This document shows positions 9,572 to 18,203 of a stretch of 34,881 bases of DNA, one piece after another. This DNA comes from a virus (lineage: Duplodnaviria; Caudoviricetes): positions 1-34,881 of IMG/VR virus record IMGVR_UViG_3300032312_000144; one strand, written 5' to 3'. Under the pieces are notes generated by a model. The model ran no database searches. It was not told where the DNA came from and saw nothing but the letters and a program-made list of their open reading frames with translations. Position numbers and translations under genes: made by a program. Position 1 is the first letter of the stretch. Each line of letters opens with the position of its first letter.

Positions 9572-10824
9572 TGGCTGAAAAAGTAACGCTTGCTGAGGCT
9601 AAAGCCCTTGGCTTTAACAGTACTGTAGGTATCACCAAAGAAGGTGGTATGTACAAATTCGCAGAATCCCTTGCTCCAGATAGAGGTGGCTTTCAATCTG
9701 TTGGTGTAGCAAAACCTGGTCAGGTACAGATGACTCCTTACTATGGAGATGTAACTGGTGCTTATCGTTTAAATCAAGAACAGTTTGCTGGTGCGTATAA
9801 TCCTAAAGACCCTTCAGGTCTTATAAATATTATGCGACAAAATGAAATTGATGCACTTGTAAAAACTGGTTTATCAGTTGAAGAAGCAACTAAAACAATA
9901 GATAGACAAAATGGTATTACTGGTGGTGGTATTGGTGGCGCTTCAGGGAGTTTAGGAGCAGGAACACCAGAGCAACAAGCTGCCCGTCAATCAGCATTTG
10001 ATTTATTAAGAGAACAATTTTCACAATATGGCCTTGAAGCTTTAGTAGATCCATTAAAAAATTTAATTCAAGAGAATGTATCTCCATCAGAGTTTGCTAT
10101 TCGTTTACGTCAAACAGAACCCTATAAAAAGCGTTTTGCTGCTAATGCTGCCCGTATTGGAAAAGGTTTAAGAGCATTATCAGAAGGTGAGTATTTAGCC
10201 TTAGAAGATGGATATCAATCTATTATGCGTAACTATGGACTACCAGCATCTTATTATGCAAAGGGTGATCTTGGTCGTCAAGAAGGATTTGAAAAACTTA
10301 TTAGTGGAGATGTATCTGCTGCTGAGTTAGAAGATAGAATTATAACAGCGCAAAATAGAGTTATCAACGCTCCACCACAAGTTAAAGATGCGTTAAAACA
10401 ATTCTATCCTGATATTAATAACTCAGATATCCTTGCTTATACTTTAGATCCAGAAAAAGGATTAGCAGATATTAAGCGTAAGGTAACTGCAGCAGAGATT
10501 GGTGGCGCAGCATTTGGTGCTGGTCTAACATCTGATGTTAAGAGAGCAGAAGAACTTGCTAGCTTTGGTGTTACTGCCGAGAGAGCAAGACAGGCTTACC
10601 AAGCAGCAGTTCCTATTATTGAACGAGGCGGACAACTTGCTGGATTCTATGGTGAATCACCTTATACTCAAACAACTGCGGAAGAAGAATTATTTGGATT
10701 AACTTATGCTCCAGAAGCAACAGCAAAGCGCAAGAGATTAACATCTCTAGAAGAAGCGCAGTTTGCTGGAAGAGCTGGAATGACTGGAGGAGCATTAGCC
10801 CGCGATAGGGCTGGCGCTTACTAA
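9571..10824 (+). CDS. Putative internal virion protein (417 aa)
   Basis: GTG start overlapping the upstream TAG; helical and Ala/Gly-rich; third of three large genes before the scaffold. Confidence 0.55.
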   Translation: MAEKVTLAEAKALGFNSTVGITKEGGMYKFAESLAPDRGGFQSVGVAKPGQVQMTPYYGDVTGAYRLNQEQFAGAYNPKDPSGLINIMRQNEIDALVKTGLSVEEATKTIDRQNGITGGGIGGASGSLGAGTPEQQAARQSAFDLLREQFSQYGLEALVDPLKNLIQENVSPSEFAIRLRQTEPYKKRFAANAARIGKGLRALSEGEYLALEDGYQSIMRNYGLPASYYAKGDLGRQEGFEKLISGDVSAAELEDRIITAQNRVINAPPQVKDALKQFYPDINNSDILAYTLDPEKGLADIKRKVTAAEIGGAAFGAGLTSDVKRAEELASFGVTAERARQAYQAAVPIIERGGQLAGFYGESPYTQTTAEEELFGLTYAPEATAKRKRLTSLEEAQFAGRAGMTGGALARDRAGAY

Positions 10825-10837
10825 ACAACTAAGCCTG

Positions 10838-10947
10838 CTAATGGAACGACTGGCCCATTAGAGCGATAACAAGACCAGTAGTAGAAGCCATATAGGGATC
10901 CCCCAAATCTATATGAGGTCTACGCAACTACAAACAGAATGGGAGAT
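10838..10947 (+). promoter_or_regulatory. Structured 5' leader of the scaffold gene (two hairpins, each with pseudoknot potential)
   Basis: CTAATGG(10838-44)/CCATTAG(10855-61); loop ACTGG(10849-53)/CCAGT(10875-79); CATATAG(10889-95)/CTATATG(10909-15); loop ATCCCCCA(10898-905) complements TGGGAGAT(10940-47, the RBS) at 7 of 8 positions. Confidence 0.55.
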
Positions 10948-10952
10948 GGACT

Positions 10953-11420
10953 ATGTCCAACTACGACTACGAGGATGAGGATGACAACAACAATGTTGAT
11001 ACATCTACAGACCTTATCAAGCAACTACGCAAAGCGAATAAACAAAAGGAAAAAGAACTAGCCGATCTAAAGGCTCAGTTTGAAGGCCTTAATAAATCGC
11101 AGCGCGAAAGAGCAATCAAGGATGCCCTCGCAGCTCGCGGGGTAAATACGAAGATCGCTTCGTTTATCCCACAGGATATAGACCCAACTGAGGAGTCTGT
11201 ATCAAAGTGGCTTGAATCAAATGCCGATGTTTTCGGGATTCAATCCTCTGAAAACCAAACACCTAGTGTTGATCCAACACAGGCTAAGCAATACCAACGT
11301 ATGACTAATGCTGCAGAGCAAGGCAATTCGCCTAACGCTCAAGCAGATGTTATGCAGAAGTTATTAAACGCTAATAGCCGAGAAGAGTTGGATACCATTA
11401 TTAGGCAGTCTGGTTTATAA
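10953..11420 (+). CDS. Capsid scaffolding protein
   Basis: Acidic N-terminus, coiled coil (LIKQLRKANKQKEKELADLKAQ) and C-terminal helix; immediately upstream of the major capsid gene. Confidence 0.75.
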   Translation: MSNYDYEDEDDNNNVDTSTDLIKQLRKANKQKEKELADLKAQFEGLNKSQRERAIKDALAARGVNTKIASFIPQDIDPTEESVSKWLESNADVFGIQSSENQTPSVDPTQAKQYQRMTNAAEQGNSPNAQADVMQKLLNANSREELDTIIRQSGL

Positions 11421-11448
11421 CCCAATCCAACGAAAGGCAAGTGCTTAA

Positions 11449-12387
11449 ATGACACTACCAGCAGGTACGATTACTGGTGTAGCAGACATTACCGCATTAG
11501 TCCAGACCGCGTATGATCAATACGTTCGTATGGCACTACGATCCATTCCAGTAATGCGATCAATTGCAGATGTTAAGCCAGTACAACAAGCTATGCCTGG
11601 ATCATCAGTTGTATTCTCAATCTATTCTGACTTATCACAAGTCACAGCAACATTGACTGAAGAATCTGATGCTTCATCCGTAGCCCTAGGTAACCCATCA
11701 CAGGTTACAGTAACACTTAATGAGTACGGCTCAGCCGTTACTACAACTAAGAAGTTGAACCTAACTTCTTTCAACGATGTAGATGCAGCTCTTGCTGACA
11801 TCATTGCATACAACGCTGCAGATTCTATTGACTCTGTAGTGGCTTCAGTTCTAACAGGTGGCACAAACGTTATCTACGCAGGAACTGGAAACACAACAAC
11901 TTCTGAGTTAACAACTGGCGATACAATCACAGTTGCTAACATCCGTAAGGCTGTTACAGAACTACGCACAAACAAGGCAGTGCCTCGTATGGGCGAACTA
12001 TATGTAGCATACCTACACCCACGCCAAGCAGCCGATCTTCGCGCTGAATCAGGCACAGGTGGATTCCAGGATATCGTTAAGTACACAGACAATGTGTCAA
12101 AGACAATTATCCCTGGTGCAGTTGGCGTAATTGAAGGAGCGATGGTTATTGAAACACCTCGTATTCCTATCGTTAGCAACGGTGCTTCACCATCTGTAAA
12201 TGTTTACAGAGCAGTAATTGCAGGCCGCGAGGCTTTGGCAGAGGCTAAGGCACAAGACATCTCTACCATCATTGGTCCAGAGGTTGACTTGCTTCGCCGC
12301 TTCCGCACAATCGGTTGGTACTACTTCGGTGGATTCGCAAGACTCCGCGAGGCTGCGCTATACCGCATTGAGTCAACAGCTTCTTAA
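11449..12387 (+). CDS. Major capsid protein (HK97 fold)
   Basis: 312 aa with VTVTLNEYGSAV, YVAYLHPRQAADLR, GVIEGAMVIETP and IGWYYFGG, typical of N4/P22-like coat proteins. High-expression codon bias; followed by a hairpin. Confidence 0.9.
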   Translation: MTLPAGTITGVADITALVQTAYDQYVRMALRSIPVMRSIADVKPVQQAMPGSSVVFSIYSDLSQVTATLTEESDASSVALGNPSQVTVTLNEYGSAVTTTKKLNLTSFNDVDAALADIIAYNAADSIDSVVASVLTGGTNVIYAGTGNTTTSELTTGDTITVANIRKAVTELRTNKAVPRMGELYVAYLHPRQAADLRAESGTGGFQDIVKYTDNVSKTIIPGAVGVIEGAMVIETPRIPIVSNGASPSVNVYRAVIAGREALAEAKAQDISTIIGPEVDLLRRFRTIGWYYFGGFARLREAALYRIESTAS

Positions 12388-12401
12388 TAAGTTGATTAAT
12401 A

Positions 12402-12427
12402 GGCAGGGGTAGGAAACTACCCCTGTT
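12402..12427 (+). terminator. GNRA-capped hairpin after capsid gene (weak terminator or mRNA 3' stabiliser)
   Basis: CAGGGGTAG-GAAA-CTACCCCTG with only a short T tract. Confidence 0.65.
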
Positions 12428-12444
12428 CTACAAGAAAGGTAAAT

Positions 12445-12768
12445 GTGACTTACAGACTTACAACTCCTTGGGAGTGGGAAACTTGGATCACTGCAGATAA
12501 CCAAGATACACCATACGCAAGATTAGCTGGTAGACCTATCACTGGTGGAACATATACTGGTGCTACAAATCCTTTCTTAACAGATATACCTAGAGGCGTA
12601 ACTCTTCTAGTAAATGGAACTACAGTTACAGCAACAAGATTTCCTTATCAAGATGATATCTCTGCTGCAGATGCAGTTTATATGGGCGGTCATAACTACG
12701 AGGTAGATGACCAAGCCGCACAGATTTTAATTGATGCTGGTTATGGCGATTATTTGGAGCCAGTCTAA
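12445..12768 (+). CDS. Hypothetical head-associated protein
   Basis: GTG start after GAAAGG, 107 aa, TAATG-coupled to the next ORF. Confidence 0.65.
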   Translation: MTYRLTTPWEWETWITADNQDTPYARLAGRPITGGTYTGATNPFLTDIPRGVTLLVNGTTVTATRFPYQDDISAADAVYMGGHNYEVDDQAAQILIDAGYGDYLEPV

Positions 12769-13049
12769 TGAGCAATTGCACTTCAAGTTGCAAGACTAAA
12801 GATCACCAAACCTATGCTGAATGTTTAAGGCAGAATACCCCGATGTTCGTAGGTGTGTCACCTACTAAAACTGGATGGGATCAAGACAAAGTTAAAAAAG
12901 ATGAAAAAGAATTAAGCAGTTATTACTCTGCAGTTAAGCAGGGTATGGAACCTAGATCCACGCGGCAAGTAGATATTGATGCCGCAGTCTCACTTTCCGA
13001 CAAAGCTGGTAAAGCATTTGACGGAATCAACCTAACCTATAAGGGGTAA
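12768..13049 (+). CDS. Hypothetical protein with N-terminal C-x3-C-x4-H-x5-C motif
   Basis: MSNCTSSCKTKDHQTYAEC; coupled start. Confidence 0.65.
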   Translation: MSNCTSSCKTKDHQTYAECLRQNTPMFVGVSPTKTGWDQDKVKKDEKELSSYYSAVKQGMEPRSTRQVDIDAAVSLSDKAGKAFDGINLTYKG

Positions 13050-13052
13050 ACA

Positions 13053-13172
13053 ATGCCAATGGTAAATGGAAAGAAATTCCCATACACAAAAAAGGGAAAA
13101 GCAATGGCTAAGAAAGCCGCTAAAAAAGCAGGCGCAAAGATGGCTATGAAAAAGATGGGAAAAAAGAAATAA
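13053..13172 (+). CDS. Lys-rich microprotein (39 aa, MPMVNGKKFPYTKKGKAMAKKAAKKAGAKMAMKKMGKKK)
   Basis: AAGGGG SD; TAATG overlap with the next ORF; 15 Lys and no acidic residue. Confidence 0.7.
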   Translation: MPMVNGKKFPYTKKGKAMAKKAAKKAGAKMAMKKMGKKK

Positions 13173-13336
13173 TGAAAGAGACAGATGATGGCGTAACTTA
13201 CGAGACCCGCCCAGACCTAAACGTTAAGTTAGAAGTATACCCAAATGCAGAACGCCAAGAGGAATCTAATCGTAAGTATATGACCTACGATTCAATCCAG
13301 ACTGGATCTCCTGCAAAGGCTGCACCTCGTCAATGA
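13172..13336 (+). CDS. Small acidic/polar protein (54 aa, MKETDDGVTYETRPDLNVKLEVYPNAERQEESNRKY...)
   Basis: Coupled at both ends (TAATG, ATGA). Confidence 0.65.
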   Translation: MKETDDGVTYETRPDLNVKLEVYPNAERQEESNRKYMTYDSIQTGSPAKAAPRQ

Positions 13337-13494
13337 AGAAGATGAAGGGTGCTAAGAAAGTCGCCAAAGTTATGCGAGAGTATAAGAAGGGCGAACTTAA
13401 TATTGGCAAGTCTGCTAAGAAGGTTAAGTCAAAGAAGCAAGCAATTGCTATTGCACTATCAGAAGCAGGAATGTCTAAGAAGAAAAAGAAGTAA
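13333..13494 (+). CDS. Lys-rich microprotein, DUF6496-like (KVMREYKKGEL...KQAIAIALSEA)
   Basis: 53 aa, 19 Lys, recognisable QAIAIALSEA motif; coupled at both ends. Confidence 0.75.
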   Translation: MKKMKGAKKVAKVMREYKKGELNIGKSAKKVKSKKQAIAIALSEAGMSKKKKK

Positions 13495-13652
13495 TGTCAT
13501 CTGGTAAGTTTAAACGCCACGATGCTTTTAACCCAATCCAAGTTAAAGATGGAATGATAGTTCGTCTTAATAAGAATGGCACTATCAAATCAATACTAGG
13601 AAAGTATGGAGATTATGGCAAAGAGTCCAGCCTGGCAAAGAAAAGCAGGTAA
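13494..13652 (+). CDS. Small basic protein (52 aa, MSSGKFKRHDAFNPIQVKDGMIVRLNKNGTIKSILGKYGDY...)
   Basis: TAATG-coupled start; fills the gap. Confidence 0.65.
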   Translation: MSSGKFKRHDAFNPIQVKDGMIVRLNKNGTIKSILGKYGDYGKESSLAKKSR

Positions 13653-13893
13653 AAATCCTAAAGGTGGTTTAAACGCCAAGGGCAGAGCATCTGCTAAAGC
13701 ACAAGGTATGAACCTTAAACCTCCAGTTAAAAAGGCTGAGGCTAAGAGATCACCTAAAGCTGCTGGTAGACGTAAGTCTTTCTGTGGTCGTATGTGTGGA
13801 ATGAAATCTAAACTTACCTCTGCTAAGACAGCAAAGGATCCAAACTCTAGAATAAACAAGTCTTTACGGGCTTGGGATTGTAAGTGCAAATGA
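13615..13893 (+). CDS. Basic protein, DUF6321-like (AWQRKAGKNPKGGLNAKGRAS...RRKSFCGRM...SLRAWDC)
   Basis: GGAG before ATG 13615; the family motif is recalled, not searched. Confidence 0.7.
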   Translation: MAKSPAWQRKAGKNPKGGLNAKGRASAKAQGMNLKPPVKKAEAKRSPKAAGRRKSFCGRMCGMKSKLTSAKTAKDPNSRINKSLRAWDCKCK

Positions 13894-14054
13894 AAAAGAA
13901 AGTAGCATTTTGGGATAAAAAGAATCCTAAGAAAACTTCTAAGAAATTAACACCAGCACAGAAGAGTGCTGCAAAAGCAAGAGCAAAAGCAGCAGGCAGA
14001 CCTTATCCAAATTTGGTTGATAACGCTGCAGTGGCTAAAAAGAAAAAGAAGTAA
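13890..14054 (+). CDS. Lys-rich microprotein (54 aa, ...LTPAQKSAAKARAKAAGRPYPNLVDN...)
   Basis: ATGA overlap with the upstream stop; 17 Lys; GRPYPNLVDN motif. Confidence 0.7.
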   Translation: MKKKVAFWDKKNPKKTSKKLTPAQKSAAKARAKAAGRPYPNLVDNAAVAKKKKK

Positions 14055-14064
14055 GGAGATATAA

Positions 14065-14352
14065 GTGGCACTAGGTGATCCAGGTACAACCCTTAGCGAT
14101 GAGTTAAATCGCCTTGCCAATGGTGGCACTTACAGAGTTCCTGGCGCAATGGTAGGAGAAGCATTAGCTGCTCGCCAATGGGCTGCTCAACGATCCGTTA
14201 CTTTAACTGTTTCAGATACTGTTGGTGTTCTAAATCAGATTGCTGGTAATACTAGTAAGTCTGCTTGGAAAGATTTTACTGGAGTTTGTAATCAACTAGC
14301 ATCTACTACAGGACTTGCTGCAGCAGCAGCATTAAGGAAGATATCCTCTTGA
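14065..14352 (+). CDS. Hypothetical virion protein (95 aa, Ala-rich)
   Basis: TAAGGAG SD, GTG start. Confidence 0.65.
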   Translation: MALGDPGTTLSDELNRLANGGTYRVPGAMVGEALAARQWAAQRSVTLTVSDTVGVLNQIAGNTSKSAWKDFTGVCNQLASTTGLAAAAALRKISS

Positions 14353-14699
14353 GTGCTAAATATAATTTAGTTTGCGATCAAGCAACAACATTTAATTTTC
14401 AATTTGTAATCCAAGATGAAGTAGGCACTACTGTCACTCCTTGGAATTTAACTGGCTACACACTTACTATGACAGTGCGCCCATTCGTAGGTTCAGATAG
14501 TACAACTTTACTTGCAACAACTGCTAATGGAAAGATAACCACTGATCCACTATTAGGTAGAATTAACGTAACCTTTACATCTACAGATACCAACATAGCA
14601 CCTGCTCGTTATGCCTATGATCTAGTAGCTAATTCAGGTGGAACAATAACAAGAATTTTAGAAGGTAGATTTGTAGTAACTGGAGGTGTAACAGTATGA
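14349..14699 (+). CDS. Beta-sandwich (Ig/BppU-like) structural protein
   Basis: Alternating beta pattern: [32 protein letters not shown]. Coupled to the collagen gene. Confidence 0.55.
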   Translation: MSAKYNLVCDQATTFNFQFVIQDEVGTTVTPWNLTGYTLTMTVRPFVGSDSTTLLATTANGKITTDPLLGRINVTFTSTDTNIAPARYAYDLVANSGGTITRILEGRFVVTGGVTV

Positions 14700-15895
14700 C
14701 AACTTTTATCGTTGTAGAATCCATTACACCACAAGTTGCCGTAGCATTTTCAGCAGATCAAGGACCACAAGGAATACCAGGAGTTACTGGTGGAACAGGT
14801 CCAACAGGACCTACTGGTCCTTCAGTAACAGGAGCTACTGGACCTACAGGTCCAACAGGCGGAACAGGAGCCACAGGTGCAACTGGTACAACAGGTTCTA
14901 CAGGTTCTACTGGTGCTACTGGTAGTACTGGTTCTGCTGGTCCTACTGGTCCTACAGGTAGTACGGGTTCAACGGGCGCGACAGGTCCGACTGGTTCCCA
15001 AGGTCCTACTGGCTCACAAGGCCCTACGGGATCTGCGGGTCCAACAGGTGCCACTGGAGTTACAGGTGCCACTGGCCCAACGGGGTCTGCGGGTGCGACA
15101 GGATCTACAGGTCCTACAGGAGCAACGGGCAGTGCTGGTCCAACTGGCGCAGCAGGACCAACAGGTCCGACAGGATCAACAGGATTAACTGGAGCAACGG
15201 GTGCAACAGGCTCTACAGGCGCTACAGGACCGACTGGTGCTGATAGCACAGTAACTGGTCCAACGGGCCCAACAGGTGCTACAGGTGCCAACGGTCAATC
15301 TTCTAGTTACTATGACTATAAGGCTAAGACTACTATTACAACTGGTTTTCCTACCAATCAACATTTGATATGGAACAACGCAACTCAGATTTCTGCTACG
15401 CAAATTAACATTGCTCACGTTGACGCCGATAACATAGATATAGACATTTTCTTACACCTCCTTGGTATTGGCGATATTCTTATTATTCAAGATAGAAACA
15501 ACTCTTCTAATTATCAAAAGTGGGAAGTTTCATCAGCCATAGTTGAGCAAGCAGATTATGATGAAGTACCAGTAACCTTCATTACTTCTGGCGGTACTGG
15601 AACCACAGGATTTGCTAATAATGAAAACATATTTTTAGCAATTGTTCGTATTGGAGATGTAGGACCTACTGGTCCTGCAGGCCCTACGGGGGCTACAGGT
15701 GCAACAGGTGCATCTGGTGCAACGGGTCCAACTGGAACAGCAGGAGCAACTGGAGCGACTGGACCAACTGGTCCGACTGGAGCAGCATCAACTGTTCCTG
15801 GTCCAACTGGAGCAACTGGTGCCACTGGTGCTACTGGTCCAGCAGGTGCAGATGCACCTGCGTTTGCAGCAGCTTTAATGTTAGGTGGAATGTAG
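14696..15895 (+). CDS. Collagen-like (Gly-X-Thr) fibre protein with central globular domain
   Basis: Two G-X-Y tracts dominated by GPT/GAT/GST flank a non-collagen domain of about 115 aa; C-terminal LMLGGM. Confidence 0.9.
   Translation: MTTFIVVESITPQVAVAFSADQGPQGIPGVTGGTGPTGPTGPSVTGATGPTGPTGGTGATGATGTTGSTGSTGATGSTGSAGPTGPTGSTGSTGATGPTGSQGPTGSQGPTGSAGPTGATGVTGATGPTGSAGATGSTGPTGATGSAGPTGAAGPTGPTGSTGLTGATGATGSTGATGPTGADSTVTGPTGPTGATGANGQSSSYYDYKAKTTITTGFPTNQHLIWNNATQISATQINIAHVDADNIDIDIFLHLLGIGDILIIQDRNNSSNYQKWEVSSAIVEQADYDEVPVTFITSGGTGTTGFANNENIFLAIVRIGDVGPTGPAGPTGATGATGASGATGPTGTAGATGATGPTGPTGAASTVPGPTGATGATGATGPAGADAPAFAAALMLGGM
14762..15301 (+). repeat. Collagen triplet repeat tract 1 (9-bp GGN-NCN-ACN periodicity)
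   Basis: Degenerate ggt/gga-cct/gct/tct-act/aca repeats with short interruptions ([12 protein letters not shown]). Confidence 0.9.
15653..15853 (+). repeat. Collagen triplet repeat tract 2
   Basis: [16 protein letters not shown]... with an ASTVPG interruption. Confidence 0.9.
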
Positions 15896-15904
15896 ACTTA
15901 TCTA

Positions 15905-16579
15905 GTGAACTCTAATCTAATCATTATGGGCAGTAAGTCACGCCCACATAGAGCAAAAGAAGCACTAGAATCAATAAAGAAAAATGCAGTTGAGTCAGAT
16001 ATTGTATTAATAATAGCTGAAGATCAACAAGATCTTTACCCTGAAATTGAAGGTGTAAAGCGAGAGATCGTACCATCACACTATACAAGTAATATGAAAT
16101 CTTTGGAGATCATACCAAAGTATCAAGATGATTACTTTACTTGTTTAGCAATAGATGATGACTGCATAGTTAAGACACCAGAGTTTGACAGGATACTTGC
16201 TGAACCTTTAAAGAAAATTGGTTACGGAATTTCCTACGGAAATGATGGATACCAAGGTGAAGCATTACCCACCAAGTGGATGCTCACTATGAATATCTGT
16301 AAGGTTCTTGGTTATCCTACTCCACCAAAGTTAAAGCATCTTTACGTTGATAACTTTTTTAAACTTATTGGCGAGAAGTTAAAAAGTTTACATTATTTTG
16401 GTAATGTAATTATGGAGCATAATCATTTCTTAAATGGTAAAGCACCAATGGATTCTACCTATGAAGAGACTAACCATCCCGATCTTTATAAGCACGACAA
16501 AGAAGTATACCTAGAGTATATAAAAGAACAAGCAATTAATGATATTGCAAAGTTGTGGTTAGCCTTTGGTATTGAATGA
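15905..16579 (+). CDS. GT-A fold glycosyltransferase (GT2-like)
   Basis: N-terminal SKSRP, DxD motif (IDDDCIV), HLYVDN and EHNH are typical of phage GT2-like enzymes. Confidence 0.75.
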   Translation: MNSNLIIMGSKSRPHRAKEALESIKKNAVESDIVLIIAEDQQDLYPEIEGVKREIVPSHYTSNMKSLEIIPKYQDDYFTCLAIDDDCIVKTPEFDRILAEPLKKIGYGISYGNDGYQGEALPTKWMLTMNICKVLGYPTPPKLKHLYVDNFFKLIGEKLKSLHYFGNVIMEHNHFLNGKAPMDSTYEETNHPDLYKHDKEVYLEYIKEQAINDIAKLWLAFGIE

Positions 16580-17154
16580 AAGTAAATAAATTTTTTAATA
16601 AGGTCATACTAATCAATCTTGATAAAAGAGAAGATCGTCTTAAAGATGTAACTCAAGAACTAAATAACTTAGAGATAGATTTTGAGCGAATCTCTGCAGT
16701 AGATGCGGTAGAGTTAGATATAACTCCCAAAGATGCTTGTAGGGCAAGTCATATAAAAGCACTTGAAATGGCAGAAGGCAACACTTTAATACTAGAAGAT
16801 GATGCAGTATTTATGCCAAACTTCTTAGAGAATTTTACTAGATTTATTGAGAACCTACCTAAACTTTGGGATATAATATATCTTGGAGCGCATATAGGAA
16901 CGAGTGAATCAGTAAACAATTATATGGTTAGAGGTCTAATAACTAGTTCTACCCACGCTTACTGTATAAATCCTAAGAGGATAACAGAAATGCTGGATAT
17001 GGCTAGAAATACTACAGACCATATAGACGTTGCTTATGCTAGAGAACATCCAAGAATGAAGGCATATGTGGCACAACCTACTTTAGTAAAACAGAAACCC
17101 AGTTTCTCAGATTTAATACTTAAAGATGTTGATTATCTAAGTTGGTACAAATGA
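16576..17154 (+). CDS. Glycosyltransferase family 25
   Basis: INLDKREDR, RISAVD, CRASH, LILEDDA, THAYCIN and HID are GT25 signature motifs. Confidence 0.9.
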   Translation: MKVNKFFNKVILINLDKREDRLKDVTQELNNLEIDFERISAVDAVELDITPKDACRASHIKALEMAEGNTLILEDDAVFMPNFLENFTRFIENLPKLWDIIYLGAHIGTSESVNNYMVRGLITSSTHAYCINPKRITEMLDMARNTTDHIDVAYAREHPRMKAYVAQPTLVKQKPSFSDLILKDVDYLSWYK

Positions 17155-18203
17155 AGGTAGCTGTTTATACAATAGCCAAGAATGAGGCTAAGCACGTCAA
17201 GCGTTGGTTTGAATCAGCCAAAGGTGCAGATTACTTTTTAATCTGTGACACTGGTTCAGAAGATGATACCGTTAAGATCGCTAAAGATCTAGGTATCAAT
17301 GTAGTTGAATGTAGAGTAGATCCTTTTAGATTTGATGTAGCAAGGAATTATTCACTTGCTTCATTACCACTAGATATTGACTGGTGTATTGCATTAGATA
17401 TGGATGAGATGCTAGTCGGTGAATGGAGAAGTGAACTAGAGAAGGCATTAGCAGATGATGTTGATAGACCTTACTATAGATTCATAACAGACTTTAATGA
17501 AGATGGAACTCCTAAGCACGAGTTTGATGGATTTAGAATCCACCGCAGAAAGAATGTTTACTGGAGTCATCCGATCCACGAGGTTCCTAGAACATATGGC
17601 AAGAAAGAAGTAACTAAGAAATACAACATAGAGGTTTGGCATAAGCCAGATAACTCTAAGATTAGAAGTTACTACCTACCAATGCTAGAGAGTGCAGCAG
17701 AGGAAAACCCTGAGCCAAGAAATCTTTACTACTTAGCCAGAGAGTATTACTACAAAGAGAATTACGAGAAGGCGTTAGAAGTATTTAAACGCTATGTTGA
17801 GATATCAAAGTTTCCAGCAGAAAAAGGATTTGCACTTCGCCTTATGGCAAAATGTGATCCAGATAAAGCTGAGGAATACTTAACACAAGGCACTGAGGTA
17901 TATCAAAGTAGAGAAGCAGTTTTAGCACTTGCTAATTACTACTACGAAAAGAAACAGTGGAAAGAGTGCAACTATTCATCAAAGGTTGCATTTGGTATAA
18001 CAGAAAAAACCACAGGCTTTATGAGTGAATCTTGGGCTTGGGGCCATATGGCTGCAGACCTAGTTGCAGTATCAGCTTGGCAGTTAGACAACTGGAAAGA
18101 AGCATATAAGTTCGGAAAGATCGCTCTCAAGTTAAGCCCTAACGATGAGAGATTAAAAAAGAATATGCAATTCTATAAGGAGAAAATGAATGGCAACGTT
18201 TAA
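17151..18203 (+). CDS. GT2 glycosyltransferase with C-terminal TPR repeats
   Basis: YTIAKNE, CDTGSEDDT, FDVARN, LDMDE and PIHE, followed by TPR-like helices (YYLAREYY, ALANYYY). ATG 17151 overlaps the upstream TGA. Confidence 0.9.
   Translation: MKVAVYTIAKNEAKHVKRWFESAKGADYFLICDTGSEDDTVKIAKDLGINVVECRVDPFRFDVARNYSLASLPLDIDWCIALDMDEMLVGEWRSELEKALADDVDRPYYRFITDFNEDGTPKHEFDGFRIHRRKNVYWSHPIHEVPRTYGKKEVTKKYNIEVWHKPDNSKIRSYYLPMLESAAEENPEPRNLYYLAREYYYKENYEKALEVFKRYVEISKFPAEKGFALRLMAKCDPDKAEEYLTQGTEVYQSREAVLALANYYYEKKQWKECNYSSKVAFGITEKTTGFMSESWAWGHMAADLVAVSAWQLDNWKEAYKFGKIALKLSPNDERLKKNMQFYKEKMNGNV

Noticed and set aside
12380-12445. Capsid C-terminal extension by frameshift or readthrough
   Set aside because: Double stop TAATAA and no slippery heptamer seen at the gene end.
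14758-15825. Minus-strand PVGPVAPV ORFs and alternative-frame + ORFs over the collagen gene
   Set aside because: Shadow ORFs produced by the stop-free G-X-T codon repeat.
15905-18203. GTs as DNA-hypermodification enzymes working with the C5-MTase
   Set aside because: No TET/JBP dioxygenase or hydroxymethylase in the window. The GTs sit in the virion module and include TPR and GT25 types, so this is disfavoured though not excluded.
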